Source: Bacillota bacterium
Lineage (GTDB): Bacteria; Bacillota; UBA4882; UBA8346
Assembly: GCA_023394955.1 (NCBI GenBank)
Contig: JAEWZY010000061.1
Span: 21,095-85,094, forward strand
Reading direction: 5' to 3'
DNA length: 64,000 nt
Shown here: in pieces, positions 1 through 9,489 of the stretch
How positions within the stretch are numbered: the stretch's first letter is position 1
Layout: every line of letters starts with the position of its first letter
Notes under the pieces: model-generated
Told to the model about the DNA's origin: nothing
Seen by the model: only the letters and a program-made list of their open reading frames with translations
Database searches by the model: none
Program-made: the position numbers and the translations under genes

Positions 1-1
1 C

Positions 2-946
2 TTGGGTAAACCGTTTTTGTTAATTCTTAACTCGACTCATCCGGAGCAATTTGAAACCCAAGAATTGGTTGGGCAATTACAGCAAAAGTATGAGGTGCCG
101 GTCTTAGCCGTTAATTGTTCACAAATGAGCTCCGCCGATATTGAAAGCGTCCTTCAAGAATTGCTTTATATGTTTCCGGTGCGGGAGATCCAAATTGACT
201 TTCCAAAATGGGTGGAAGAGCTTTCCGGTGATCATTGGCTCCGGTCTAGGTTTGAAAATGGGGCTTACGCGGCGGTCTCCAATTTAGACCGGGTGCGCGA
301 TGTGGAAATGGCTGTTAATTCACTGGGCGGCTTGGAAGATGTTCAGAATGTCCGGCTGGATAACTTGAGTTTAGGAAATGGTTCGCTCCGGATTACCATG
401 GAGACTTCACCGGATTTATTCTACCGAGTTTTAGAGGAAATTTCGGGATTCACCATTAGTGGGGATCATCATTTGATGCGGTTGATCCGTGAATTATCAG
501 TTGCTAAAAGAGAATATGATAAAGTGGCCGTCGCTTTGCAACAGGTTCGCGATCAAGGTTATGGAGTGGTCCAACCGCTTTTAAATGAATTGACATTGGC
601 CGAACCGGAGTTGATCAAACATGGCAACCGTTTCGGAGTTAAATTAAAAGCAAGCGCTCCTTCAATTCACATGATTAAAGTAGATATAATGACGGAAATC
701 TCGCCGATTGTCGGCACTGAAAAGCAAGGCGAAGAATTCCTCAAATATCTTACGGATGAATTTGAAAAGGATCCCTCCCGGATTTGGCAGACCGATTTCT
801 TTGGTAAATCAATGAATGATTTGGTCAAGGAGGGAATCCAGTCGAAATTGGCGCGAATGCCTGAAAACGCCCAAGAAAAGCTTCAAGAAACCTTAACCAA
901 GATTTTGAACGAAGGCAGCGGTGGTTTGATCTGTATCATTCTTTAA
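2..946 (+). CDS. spoIVA: Stage IV sporulation protein A (SpoIVA), C-terminal ~314 aa; the 5' end lies outside the window
   Basis: The ORF is open from the window edge. The translation (..FPKWVEELSGDHWLRSRFENG.., C-terminus ..GSGGLICIIL) is recognised as SpoIVA family. A hairpin terminator follows. Confidence 0.85.
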   Translation: MGKPFLLILNSTHPEQFETQELVGQLQQKYEVPVLAVNCSQMSSADIESVLQELLYMFPVREIQIDFPKWVEELSGDHWLRSRFENGAYAAVSNLDRVRDVEMAVNSLGGLEDVQNVRLDNLSLGNGSLRITMETSPDLFYRVLEEISGFTISGDHHLMRLIRELSVAKREYDKVAVALQQVRDQGYGVVQPLLNELTLAEPELIKHGNRFGVKLKASAPSIHMIKVDIMTEISPIVGTEKQGEEFLKYLTDEFEKDPSRIWQTDFFGKSMNDLVKEGIQSKLARMPENAQEKLQETLTKILNEGSGGLICIIL

Positions 947-974
947 AAAATTGATCAAGTTCTCGAATTTTAGT

Positions 975-1003
975 AAAAAATGGTCTATTCAAGACCATTT
1001 TTA
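975..1003 (+). terminator. Rho-independent terminator after spoIVA
   Basis: Stem TGGTCT (981-986) pairs with AGACCA (992-997), extended by flanking A/T pairs, with a 5-nt loop and a T-run. Confidence 0.7.
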
Positions 1004-1260
1004 ATTTTGTCTTTTATGCTCTGGGCACTTCATTTGTTTTGATTATCGAAAAAATTTATTTTAAAGGATTTTAAAAATTGTTTTAGCTGCAAGAATGGCT
1101 CAAACCCAGTGGTGGGCTGAAAAAAGTTATGATTTTTTGGTTTGAAAAGCAGGAGATAAGGGAAAAATCTAGAATTAAAGGTGATAGTAGATTTTACCAA
1201 GGTTAACCTGAAATATTAAAAAAGAAATTTCCACTTTTTTCGGAAGGAGGTGAATTGTTA

Positions 1261-1539
1261 ATGACCAAAACCGAACTCATCGATAAAGTTGCCGAGAAGA
1301 GTGGTTTAACCAAAAAAGATTCCGGCAAAGCCATTGATGCAGTCATCAATTCCATGACTCAAGCTTTGTCTAAAGGTGAGAAAGTCCAGTTAGTAGGTTT
1401 CGGTAGTTTTGAAGTCCGTAAGCGAGAAGCCCGAAAAGGCCGCAATCCTCAAACCGGCGCAGAGATCAAAATTGCCGCCCGTAAAGTACCGGTATTCAAA
1501 GCTGGAAAAGCTCTGAAAGACGCCGTTGCTAAGAAGTAA
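1261..1539 (+). CDS. hup: HU-family DNA-binding protein
   Basis: The translation [20 protein letters not shown]...[29 protein letters not shown] is typical of HU. GGAGG sits 9 nt upstream of ATG 1261; the track ORF starts at TTG 1255. Confidence 0.92.
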   Translation: MTKTELIDKVAEKSGLTKKDSGKAIDAVINSMTQALSKGEKVQLVGFGSFEVRKREARKGRNPQTGAEIKIAARKVPVFKAGKALKDAVAKK

Positions 1540-1553
1540 TTAAAAAAGAAATG

Positions 1554-1586
1554 AGGATGGATCCCGCTGGGGTCCATCCTTTTTTG
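1554..1586 (+). terminator. Rho-independent terminator after hup
   Basis: AGGATGGATCCC-GCTG-GGGTCCATCCT followed by TTTTT. Confidence 0.8.
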
Positions 1587-1646
1587 CGCCTCTTTGGTTC
1601 TTTCCCTGTGAAACGAGGAATAAATTAGCATGGGAGGGAGCGGATA

Positions 1647-2396
1647 ATGGTATTATATATTAAAAGAACAATTCTTTTGGTGATTTGTCTCTTATTTACT
1701 TTTGGATTGGGCTATTGGACCGGAAGACTTTCAACGAAGGATTTACCAGTGGTTGGATTGTTAGCTCGAGAAATGCCCGTTTTTTATGTGAAGAAAAAAG
1801 CGCCTGATGTTTGCCTTACCTTTGATATTAGTTGGGGAGAAAAGACTTGGCCCTTAGTTTTAAACGTTCTCGAAGAACAGCAAACCCCGGCCACGTTTTT
1901 TCTCTCCGGGCCATGGGCGATTAAGTATCCCGATGCTGTAAAGGCCATTTATAATCAAGGGCATGAAATCGCCAGTCATGGAGACCGTCATTTGAATTTA
2001 AGCCGGTACCCCAAAGAAACCGTTAAAGAGAATATTACCAAGGCGCACCGGGACTTGTTATCCGTTGTTGATCAGGTGGCCCCATATTTTCGGCCTCCGA
2101 ACGGGGACTATGACGATTTAGTGATTGATACCGCTAGAGAACTTGGTTTTGAGACTGTAATTTGGTCGGTGGATTCCCTTGATTGGAAAAACCCCGGCCC
2201 GGATTATATGGTTGCCCGGGTTTTAGAACGCGCTTTTTCAGGCGCGATCATTCTTTGCCATGCCAGTGATTCCAGTCGTGAAATTCATTTAGCTCTTCCC
2301 AGAATCATCTCCGGACTCCGCAAGAAGGGGTTTCGATTAGTTACTCTTTCACAATTAGCGGAAGGCGGATCTTTTGCTAGAAGCGATCCCCGCTAA
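1647..2396 (+). CDS. Polysaccharide deacetylase (NodB-homology domain, PdaB-like) with an N-terminal TM/signal segment
   Basis: The translation carries FDISWG..., HGDRH and LCHA motifs typical of CE4 deacetylases. GGGAGGGAG RBS upstream. Confidence 0.75.
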   Translation: MVLYIKRTILLVICLLFTFGLGYWTGRLSTKDLPVVGLLAREMPVFYVKKKAPDVCLTFDISWGEKTWPLVLNVLEEQQTPATFFLSGPWAIKYPDAVKAIYNQGHEIASHGDRHLNLSRYPKETVKENITKAHRDLLSVVDQVAPYFRPPNGDYDDLVIDTARELGFETVIWSVDSLDWKNPGPDYMVARVLERAFSGAIILCHASDSSREIHLALPRIISGLRKKGFRLVTLSQLAEGGSFARSDPR

Positions 2397-2446
2397 ACTT
2401 CCCGCCGTACTATTATCCTCAAAAAGTTTTTTTTAATCCGGTGATA

Positions 2447-2455
2447 TGTTATAAT
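2447..2455 (+). promoter_or_regulatory. Candidate extended -10 promoter element (TGtTATAAT) upstream of lepB
   Basis: TG at 2447-2448 and TATAAT at 2450-2455; there is no good -35. Confidence 0.35.
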
Positions 2456-2552
2456 TGACCTGCTGAAATTTTTATAGATAAAAGAAGCATTAACTAAAGA
2501 TAGTTGGTTTATATTATTCCAATGAATCCGCAAAAAATTTTGAGGTGAAACC

Positions 2553-3131
2553 ATGTCGAAGAAACCACCGAAAACATCGCCGTCAGCTTCAAAGGATATT
2601 TCAAAACATACCATGTCCCGTTTTGTAAGAGATATTGTCGAAGTAGTAGTTCCGGCGATCATCTTATTTTTAATAATTCGCACTTTTTTTCTGGAGTCAC
2701 GATTTGTCCCGTCACCATCAATGGTGCCGACGATCCAAGTTCAAGACCGTTTTTTGTTGAATAAAACCGCTTATTGGTTTAAAACGCCCCAGCGTTACGA
2801 AATTGTGATTTTTAAGCCTCCGGCGCGGGCCGGGGTCAAAGACGATTTTGTGAAAAGGATTATCGGCTTGCCTGGAGAAACAATTAAAATTCATAACGGC
2901 GTGGTCTACATCAATGACCAATCTTTACCGGAACCCTATATCACTCCCGACCGCGCCCCGATTAGGGAGTTTGGCCCTTATATAATCCCGGATGGCAATC
3001 TATTTATGATGGGAGATAACCGAAATAACAGCCAGGATAGCCGTTATTGGGGGCCGTTGCCGCTTGAAAATATTAAGGGCGAGGCTTGGTGGCGTTTCTG
3101 GCCTGTGAACCGGGCCGGGGTTATTAAGTAG
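2553..3131 (+). CDS. lepB: Signal peptidase I
   Basis: PSPSMVPT (catalytic Ser box), VKRIIGLPGE and GDNRNNSQDSRYWG motifs. GAGGTG RBS. Confidence 0.9.
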   Translation: MSKKPPKTSPSASKDISKHTMSRFVRDIVEVVVPAIILFLIIRTFFLESRFVPSPSMVPTIQVQDRFLLNKTAYWFKTPQRYEIVIFKPPARAGVKDDFVKRIIGLPGETIKIHNGVVYINDQSLPEPYITPDRAPIREFGPYIIPDGNLFMMGDNRNNSQDSRYWGPLPLENIKGEAWWRFWPVNRAGVIK

Positions 3132-3146
3132 TCGGGAGTTGAGAAT

Positions 3147-3284
3147 TCAGGAGCCAGTAGTGTAAATTAAGCATTGAGGCCTCTCTAAGCTGAAGATTTA
3201 ATTAAGAGAGGTATCTGTGTATAAAACTGGAAAGATTTTGAGAACGGAGCATCCCCTAAAGACCTACTGACTCCTGGCTCCTGA
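3147..3284 (+). other. Nested long-range inverted repeats in the lepB/ABC-F intergenic region (candidate structured RNA)
   Basis: TCAGGAGCCAG (3147-3157) is the exact reverse complement of CTGGCTCCTGA (3274-3284). An alternative partner, CTACTGACTCCTG (3264-3276), matches 12/13. An inner stem pairs CCTCTCT (3180-3186) with AGAGAGG (3205-3211). Confidence 0.5.
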
Positions 3285-3315
3285 CTACTTCTATCATTTT
3301 ATATTGAGGACAAAT

Positions 3316-5229
3316 ATGTCACTAATTCGAGTCAACAATTTGGACAAGTATTATGGAGCGGAACCGATTCTTCGCAATTTAGATTTGGAGATCCATCCGG
3401 GTGAGAAATGGGGGTTGGTTGGCAGGAACGGCTGTGGGAAAACCACTCTCATGAAGATCTTGTCCGGGCTCGAAGATTATGATCGAGGAGCGATTCATAC
3501 TGCTCAGAACTGCCGCATCGGCTACCTGGAGCAGGAGCCGGGATTCGATGCCGGAATATCTATATATCAGGAACTACGCAACCTCTTTACTGATCTGGAC
3601 GAGCTTCATGCCCAGGTTGAACAGGCTAGGCAAAAGATGTCCGACCCAACCCTCAACCGGGAAGAACTGGAGTCGTTAGTTGAAGAACATTATCATTTAA
3701 GCGAACGTTACCAGCTAAGTGGCGGTTTTTTAATCGAAGGCCGGATTCAAGGGATCTTGCGGGGGCTGGGTTTTACCAAGGAACGGTGGAGTGATTCCAC
3801 TGTTGTGCTCAGCGGCGGCGAGCGAACCAGGTTGGCATTGGCCAAAATACTATTGGTTCCATACGATTTGTTGCTTTTGGACGAACCAACCAATTATCTT
3901 GATATGACTGCCATTGAGTGGCTGGAAGAATATTTAACGGCCCAGTTTAAAGGGGCGGTCTTAATTATCTCTCACGACCGTTTCTTTTTAGACCGCGTGG
4001 TTCAGGGGATTTTCGAGCTGGATTCGGGAGTGGCGGCCCGGTATCGTGGTAATTATTCGGATTATCGTAACCAGAAAGAATTTAACCTTCAAGCTCAAGC
4101 TAAAGCCTACCAAATACAACAAAAATTCTTACAAAAACAGGAGAAGTTCGTTCGCGAGGCCGGCGCTTCCGAAAAAAGTAAACGGAAGGCTCATAGTGTT
4201 GAAAAACGCCTCGAAAAGGTAGAGCGGATCGCCAAACCATCCATTGAGCAAAAAGCATTAAAGGTAAAATTTGCCGGGCATGAGGCCAGTAGCCGGGATG
4301 TATTGGTACTGGAAGGATTATCGAAAAGTTTTGATAACAAGGTTCTGTTCAAAGAAACTAATCTCCGGGTTGAGTATGGCGACCGAATTGGGATTATCGG
4401 CCCCAACGGGGCAGGCAAAACAACTCTGATTAAAATGATTTTGGGGGTGGACTCCCCCGATCAGGGGCGGATTCGCTTGGGTTATGAGGTATATCCGGGT
4501 TATTTTTCGCAGATGGCGGATGATCCGGGTTTATCAGGCACTCCTTTTGAGATGGTCATGGGTATGGCTGATCTTGATAATACGGAAGCCCGTACTATTT
4601 TAGGACGTTTCTTATTCAGCGGCGATGACGTATTTAAAAATGTTTCCGATTTGAGCGGCGGCGAAAAGCGACGGCTTAACCTAATCAAATTAATGCTTTC
4701 CAAAGCAAATTTGTTAATCTTGGATGAGCCTACTAACCATCTTGACTTGGAATCCATTGAGGCTGTTGAAAATGGGTTGATTGATTATGAGGGTACTCTG
4801 ATAGTTATCTCTCATGACCGTTATTTTTTAAATAAAGTAGTCAACCGTTATTTTGCAGTATTGAACGAGGGGTTGATACCTTTCCCGTCGTATCAGGATT
4901 ATTTAGACTTAGGCAAAAGACCGGATAAACCGGAAGAGGCCCCTAAACCAAAAAAACAAGCCCAAATGCGGCGAGAACAGAGTAAGGAACTTCATCGGGA
5001 GTTAAAACGGAAACAGCGACGGCTGGAAGAAACGGAAGAAGAAATTGCCCGACTGGAAACGGATAAAGTAGAAATATCTGAACAATTAAGCGATCCGTTG
5101 ATTTATGCCGATTATAATAAAAGTCTAACGTTGTCAAAAGAATTATCGGAAATTGAAGTAAAACTTGCCGAAGCGTATCAAATTTGGGAAGAACTCAGCC
5201 TTGAGTTATCGTTAGAAAATGAACAATGA
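3316..5229 (+). CDS. ABC-F family ATPase (two ABC domains plus a C-terminal coiled coil; Uup/YfmR-like translation-factor class)
   Basis: Two Walker A motifs (GRNGCGKTT, GPNGAGKTT), two signature motifs (LSGGERTRL, LSGGEKRRL), no TM domain, and a K/E/R-rich coiled-coil tail. GAGGA RBS precedes ATG 3316; the track ORF starts at 3304. Confidence 0.85.
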   Translation: MSLIRVNNLDKYYGAEPILRNLDLEIHPGEKWGLVGRNGCGKTTLMKILSGLEDYDRGAIHTAQNCRIGYLEQEPGFDAGISIYQELRNLFTDLDELHAQVEQARQKMSDPTLNREELESLVEEHYHLSERYQLSGGFLIEGRIQGILRGLGFTKERWSDSTVVLSGGERTRLALAKILLVPYDLLLLDEPTNYLDMTAIEWLEEYLTAQFKGAVLIISHDRFFLDRVVQGIFELDSGVAARYRGNYSDYRNQKEFNLQAQAKAYQIQQKFLQKQEKFVREAGASEKSKRKAHSVEKRLEKVERIAKPSIEQKALKVKFAGHEASSRDVLVLEGLSKSFDNKVLFKETNLRVEYGDRIGIIGPNGAGKTTLIKMILGVDSPDQGRIRLGYEVYPGYFSQMADDPGLSGTPFEMVMGMADLDNTEARTILGRFLFSGDDVFKNVSDLSGGEKRRLNLIKLMLSKANLLILDEPTNHLDLESIEAVENGLIDYEGTLIVISHDRYFLNKVVNRYFAVLNEGLIPFPSYQDYLDLGKRPDKPEEAPKPKKQAQMRREQSKELHRELKRKQRRLEETEEEIARLETDKVEISEQLSDPLIYADYNKSLTLSKELSEIEVKLAEAYQIWEELSLELSLENEQ

Positions 5230-5380
5230 CGTTTATATCTTATCAATTTTTAACTGTTTAATTGAGTATTAACGGGTATTTCTCCAAATATTACTGAAAG
5301 GATATTTTTATCAATTAGAGAAGTAACACAAGTCAAATGCAACACATTACAATATTGCAGATACCCGGAGGAGGTAGCCG

Positions 5381-7744
5381 ATGTTGAAACCGGAAAAACT
5401 TGAGGCCGCTCCTTTTCAAGAGTTCCTTCCTTTACTGCCCTTACGTGGAATGATCGTTTTTCCTTATATGGTTGTTCCGCTTGACGTTGGCAGGGATAAA
5501 TCGATTAGCGCTCTTGAAGAAGCGATGATTAATGAGAGACAAATTGTTCTGGCCGCACAACGCCAAGCAAAAATCACTGAACCTACCGAAGCGGATATTT
5601 ATGAGATAGGTACCTTGGCGGAGATCAAACAGTTATTAAAACTACCCGACGGGACCATCCGGGTTTTGGTAGAGGGTTTATGCCGGATTCGGGTAATCCA
5701 ATATGTTCAGGCGGATCCTCACTATCGGGTAAAGGTTGCCGCTGTTGAAGAGGTTAATGAGAAAGATAATGAAACCGAAGCTTTAATGCGTTCGGCCTTG
5801 TATCAATTTGAGCAACTTATTAAATTAAGTAAGAAAGTCCCACCCGAAGTGATGGTCTCGGTTAATAATATCGAAGATCCGGGCCGATTGGCCGATATCA
5901 TCACCTCACATTTGAACTTGAAGGTTGAGGAAAAACAGGAAATCCTGGAGGCCATATCCGCTCATGAACGCTTGGAAATTCTTTGTTCGTTTCTGATTAA
6001 AGAAATTGATATCCTGGAGATGGAACGGAAGATTCACCTCCGGGTCAGAAAACAAATGGAGAAGACCCAAAAAGAATACTATCTGCGGGAACAGATTAAA
6101 GCGATCCAGAAGGAACTGGGCGATGCGGATGAGCGGGTGACGGAGGTTGAAGAACTTCGTTCCAAGCTCTCTAAATTGGATTTAGCCGAAGAGATCGAAG
6201 AGAAGGTTCTCAAAGAAATCGACCGTTTGGCAAAAATGCCGCCTCTAGCCGCCGAAGCGGCAGTGGTTAGAAATTATATCGACTGGGTCCTCGCTTTGCC
6301 TTGGAATACCATTACCGAAGACCGGTTGGATGTGAAAGTGGCCGAGACTATTTTAAACGAGGACCACTATGGCTTGGAGAAGGTTAAGGAACGGATCCTC
6401 GAGTATTTGGCGGTTTGCCAGTTGACCAAGGAATTGAAAGGACCGATCCTTTGTTTGATTGGACCTCCGGGAGTCGGTAAAACATCCCTGGCTAAGTCGG
6501 TAGCCCGCGCTTTGAACCGGAAGTTTGTCCGTTTTTCATTAGGCGGGGTGAGGGATGAGGCTGAGATTCGCGGTCACCGCCGGACTTATGTCGGAGCGTT
6601 GCCCGGTAAGATCATTCAAATTATGAAACAGGCCGGTTCTAGAAATCCGGTAATCCTGTTGGATGAGATCGATAAAATGAGCGCTGATTTTCGGGGAGAC
6701 CCTGCATCGGCTCTGCTTGAAGTATTGGACCCGGAACAAAACTTTATGTTCGGCGACCATTATCTGGAGGTCCCTTTCGATCTTTCAAAGGCGCTCTTCC
6801 TTACCACAGCCAATACGTACCACGGGATTCCCAGGCCGCTCTTGGACCGGATGGAAGTAATTAATATCTCCGGATATACCGAAGAGGAGAAGGTTGAGAT
6901 CGCCAAACGGCATTTGCTTCCCAAACAATGTAAGGAGCACGGCCTGGATAAACAGGATTTGATCATGGCTGAGTTGGTTTTGAGACAGGTAATTAACGGG
7001 TATACCAGAGAATCGGGAGTCAGGAATCTCGAGCGGCAACTGGCCACCATTTGCCGGAAAGCCGCCTTGGAGATTGTTCAGACTTCGAAGAAACCGGTGC
7101 GTTTGAATAAAAATATGCTCCAGAAGTTTCTTGGTATTCCTAAATACCGGCATAGTATGGCGGAAGAGAACGATCAGACCGGTGTGGCTACGGGACTAGC
7201 TTGGACCGAAGTGGGTGGTGAAATCTTAACCGTCGAGGTCACGCCGGTAAAAGGCAAAGGCCAACTGATTCTCACCGGAAAACTGGGCGAAGTAATGCGC
7301 GAGTCGGCCCAGGCGGCTTTCAGTTATATCCGGTCCCGGGCTAAAGAATTAGGGATCGAAGAAGATTTCCATGAAAAGTATGACTTGCACATCCATGTTC
7401 CGGAGGGAGCGATTCCCAAGGATGGTCCGTCAGCGGGAATTACTATTGCTACAGCGATTTTGTCCGCTTTAACCGAGCGCCCGGTCCGCAAAGATGTGGC
7501 GATGACCGGCGAAATTACTCTCCGGGGAAGAGTGTTGCCCATCGGAGGCTTGAAGGAGAAAATTCTGGCGGCTAACCGCAGCGGCATCAAGAAAGTACTG
7601 GTCCCGAAGGAAAATGAAAAGGATCTGGAGGATATCCCAGCCAACGTGTCCCGGAAGATCCAAATCGAACTGGTTGATTCGATGGACGAGGTTTGGCATG
7701 AGGCTTTGGTTTTCAACAGTATCCATTCAAATTCGGTAAGTTAA
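5381..7744 (+). CDS. lon: ATP-dependent Lon protease (LonA)
   Basis: N-terminal LON domain, Walker [10 protein letters not shown], and the catalytic Ser motif [21 protein letters not shown]. Confidence 0.95.
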   Translation: MLKPEKLEAAPFQEFLPLLPLRGMIVFPYMVVPLDVGRDKSISALEEAMINERQIVLAAQRQAKITEPTEADIYEIGTLAEIKQLLKLPDGTIRVLVEGLCRIRVIQYVQADPHYRVKVAAVEEVNEKDNETEALMRSALYQFEQLIKLSKKVPPEVMVSVNNIEDPGRLADIITSHLNLKVEEKQEILEAISAHERLEILCSFLIKEIDILEMERKIHLRVRKQMEKTQKEYYLREQIKAIQKELGDADERVTEVEELRSKLSKLDLAEEIEEKVLKEIDRLAKMPPLAAEAAVVRNYIDWVLALPWNTITEDRLDVKVAETILNEDHYGLEKVKERILEYLAVCQLTKELKGPILCLIGPPGVGKTSLAKSVARALNRKFVRFSLGGVRDEAEIRGHRRTYVGALPGKIIQIMKQAGSRNPVILLDEIDKMSADFRGDPASALLEVLDPEQNFMFGDHYLEVPFDLSKALFLTTANTYHGIPRPLLDRMEVINISGYTEEEKVEIAKRHLLPKQCKEHGLDKQDLIMAELVLRQVINGYTRESGVRNLERQLATICRKAALEIVQTSKKPVRLNKNMLQKFLGIPKYRHSMAEENDQTGVATGLAWTEVGGEILTVEVTPVKGKGQLILTGKLGEVMRESAQAAFSYIRSRAKELGIEEDFHEKYDLHIHVPEGAIPKDGPSAGITIATAILSALTERPVRKDVAMTGEITLRGRVLPIGGLKEKILAANRSGIKKVLVPKENEKDLEDIPANVSRKIQIELVDSMDEVWHEALVFNSIHSNSVS

Positions 7745-7769
7745 GCGTTTTGAATTGAATAAAAATAAT

Positions 7770-7801
7770 GGCCTGGGCTTAGAGTGAGTCCGGGCCTTTT
7801 T
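7770..7801. terminator. Hairpin terminator between lon (+) and the csp-side transcript (-)
   Basis: GGCCTGG (7770-7776) pairs with CCGGGCC (7790-7796) with one G-U pair, followed by TTTTT. An A/T-rich stretch on the other side allows bidirectional use. Confidence 0.6.
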
Positions 7802-7868
7802 ATAAATTACCGTAAAAGTTAATTTCATTATGCTTTTATAGAAAAGTACCCGATATATACTCCGGTTA

Positions 7869-8030
7869 TTATACTTTACCTAGGGGTTCTTCTTTATATG
7901 TTTTTCCCTGATACTTCCAACGACCGTTCCCCAGACTTTTAGAATGCGTATTGGAATAATCATTTGGTTCAGGAGTAACCCGCTTGCCGTCATTTTCTAT
8001 TTGCTTCAAACAGTTTTTGGTTTTAGCCAT
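7869..8030 (-). CDS. Small hypothetical protein (~53 aa, Lys/Asn-rich) downstream of csp
   Basis: ORF with a GGAG 9 nt upstream of the ATG at 8030 (track ORF extends to 8057). No terminator separates it from csp. No recognisable family. Confidence 0.35.
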   Translation of the reverse strand: MAKTKNCLKQIENDGKRVTPEPNDYSNTHSKSLGNGRWKYQGKTYKEEPLGKV

Positions 8031-8125
8031 CCTCATTGCTCCTTTTATCCGGCCCAATAAGTTTATTTAAATCGTCCTCTCTAAAATACAAAACTCAGAC
8101 GTATCATTATTTGGCTGCGATAAGG

Positions 8126-8323
8126 CTAAACGATTTTTACATTCTCGGCTTGCTGCCCACGGTTGCCTTGGGTGACATCAAATTCAACCGTTTGGCCTTC
8201 TTCTAGAGATTTATAGCCGGTAGCTTGAATGGCTGAAAAGTGAACAAATACATCTTCGCCACCCTCCCTTTCGATAAATCCGAAACCTTTGTCGGCATTA
8301 AACCATTTGACCTTGCCCTTCAT
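8126..8323 (-). CDS. csp: Cold-shock protein (CspA family)
   Basis: [33 protein letters not shown] carries the RNP1/RNP2 cold-shock motifs. GGAGG RBS. Confidence 0.95.
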   Translation of the reverse strand: MKGKVKWFNADKGFGFIEREGGEDVFVHFSAIQATGYKSLEEGQTVEFDVTQGNRGQQAENVKIV

Positions 8324-8401
8324 TAAGAAAACCTCCCTAAAGTGATTAGTAGATTGTAATTACCACATAAGTCATTATCCCACAAAAAACAAAAGCTATC
8401 C

Positions 8402-8593
8402 TTGAAAATCAGCTTTATTTTTGAAGGGATTAACCGTAGTCAAATCGAAAAGAAGATTAAGTTAGGCAAGGTCCTGGTCAACAACGAGGCGGTAGAGACG
8501 AAAGCAAAGGTTAAGGAAGGCTCGGAAATATGGATTGATTTGGCGGAGATGATCAAAAATCCGAAAACTAATTATGATACGGAGAACCAATGA
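8402..8593 (+). CDS. Possible stand-alone S4-like RNA-binding domain ORF (TTG start, no obvious RBS)
   Basis: ..NRSQIEKKIKLGKVLVNNEAVETKAKVKEGSEIWIDL resembles the S4 domain of RluD/YlmH-type proteins. There is a 4-nt ATGA overlap with sfsA. It may be a remnant. Confidence 0.35.
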   Translation: MKISFIFEGINRSQIEKKIKLGKVLVNNEAVETKAKVKEGSEIWIDLAEMIKNPKTNYDTENQ

Positions 8594-9279
8594 AATACGA
8601 GACAATCAAAGAAGGAATTTTTATTGAAAGGCCCAACCGGTTTATCGCTAAGGTATTGATGGACAGGGTAGTCGAGACGGTTCATGTAAAAAACACAGGC
8701 CGGTGCCGGGAGATTTTAATCCCCGGCACTAGGGTCATTTTAGAAAAGGCAAGAAATGAAGGTCGTAAGACGGCATATTCTTTGATAGCCGCCTACAAGG
8801 GAGGGATCTTAATCAATATTGATTCCCAAGCCCCAAATCATGTAGTATATGAAGCCTTGAAGCCGGGTCTTTTGCCCCAGTTTAAGAACTTGACCCGGAT
8901 TATCAAAGAAGTCCGTTTCGGTAATTCCCGATTCGATCTATATTTTGAAAGCGAATCGGGAAAGGGTTTCATCGAAGTCAAAGGAGTCACTCTGGAGCGG
9001 GAGGGGACAGCGCTTTTTCCGGACGCGCCGACGGAACGCGGCGCCAAACACCTATTTGAGCTGGCTGAAGCAGTTAAGTCAGGTTTTAAAGGAGTGGTCT
9101 TTTTTTTAATTCAAATGAAAGGTCCCCGTCAGTTTTTACCAAACACTGCTACGGATCCTAAATTTAGCGAAGCTTTACGAATAGCCCGTGCTGGCGGGGT
9201 TGAGATCTTGGCCTATGATTCAATGGTAACTGAAAGCGGTTTGGTTCTCGGAGCTCAGGTGGGACTCGGAGATTTTTAA
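8590..9279 (+). CDS. sfsA: Sugar fermentation stimulation protein SfsA (nuclease-fold DNA-binding protein)
   Basis: ..RPNRFIAKV...VHVKNTGRCREIL..GFIEVKGVTLE.. is typical of SfsA. Confidence 0.85.
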   Translation: MKYETIKEGIFIERPNRFIAKVLMDRVVETVHVKNTGRCREILIPGTRVILEKARNEGRKTAYSLIAAYKGGILINIDSQAPNHVVYEALKPGLLPQFKNLTRIIKEVRFGNSRFDLYFESESGKGFIEVKGVTLEREGTALFPDAPTERGAKHLFELAEAVKSGFKGVVFFLIQMKGPRQFLPNTATDPKFSEALRIARAGGVEILAYDSMVTESGLVLGAQVGLGDF

Positions 9280-9489
9280 ATTGATAAATGGAATAAAAGA
9301 TTGACAGAGGGAAGCAGCATTGAGCTATTACAGCTTCCTTCATTTAGAATTTTTTTAGCGGAGGAGTTTGGGATTTGTAATTAAAGGGAAAACCAGGGAA
9401 GAAAAGAATTAACTATTAGATCTTGCGTATTTGTTTTGATTTACAATACGTTTAGGATAGATGTTTCAACTAACCTCAGGAGGTATGCC

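Noticed and set aside
5230-5380. CIRCE or CtsR heat-shock operator upstream of lon
   Set aside because: Only a single AGTCAAA half-site-like string was seen. There is no tandem GGTCAAA repeat and no TTAGCACTC-N9-GAGTGCTAA element.
8402-8593. Calling the S4-like ORF a pseudouridine synthase (rluD) gene
   Set aside because: Only ~60 residues resembling an S4 domain are present, with no catalytic domain. It is listed only as a low-confidence stand-alone S4-like ORF or remnant.
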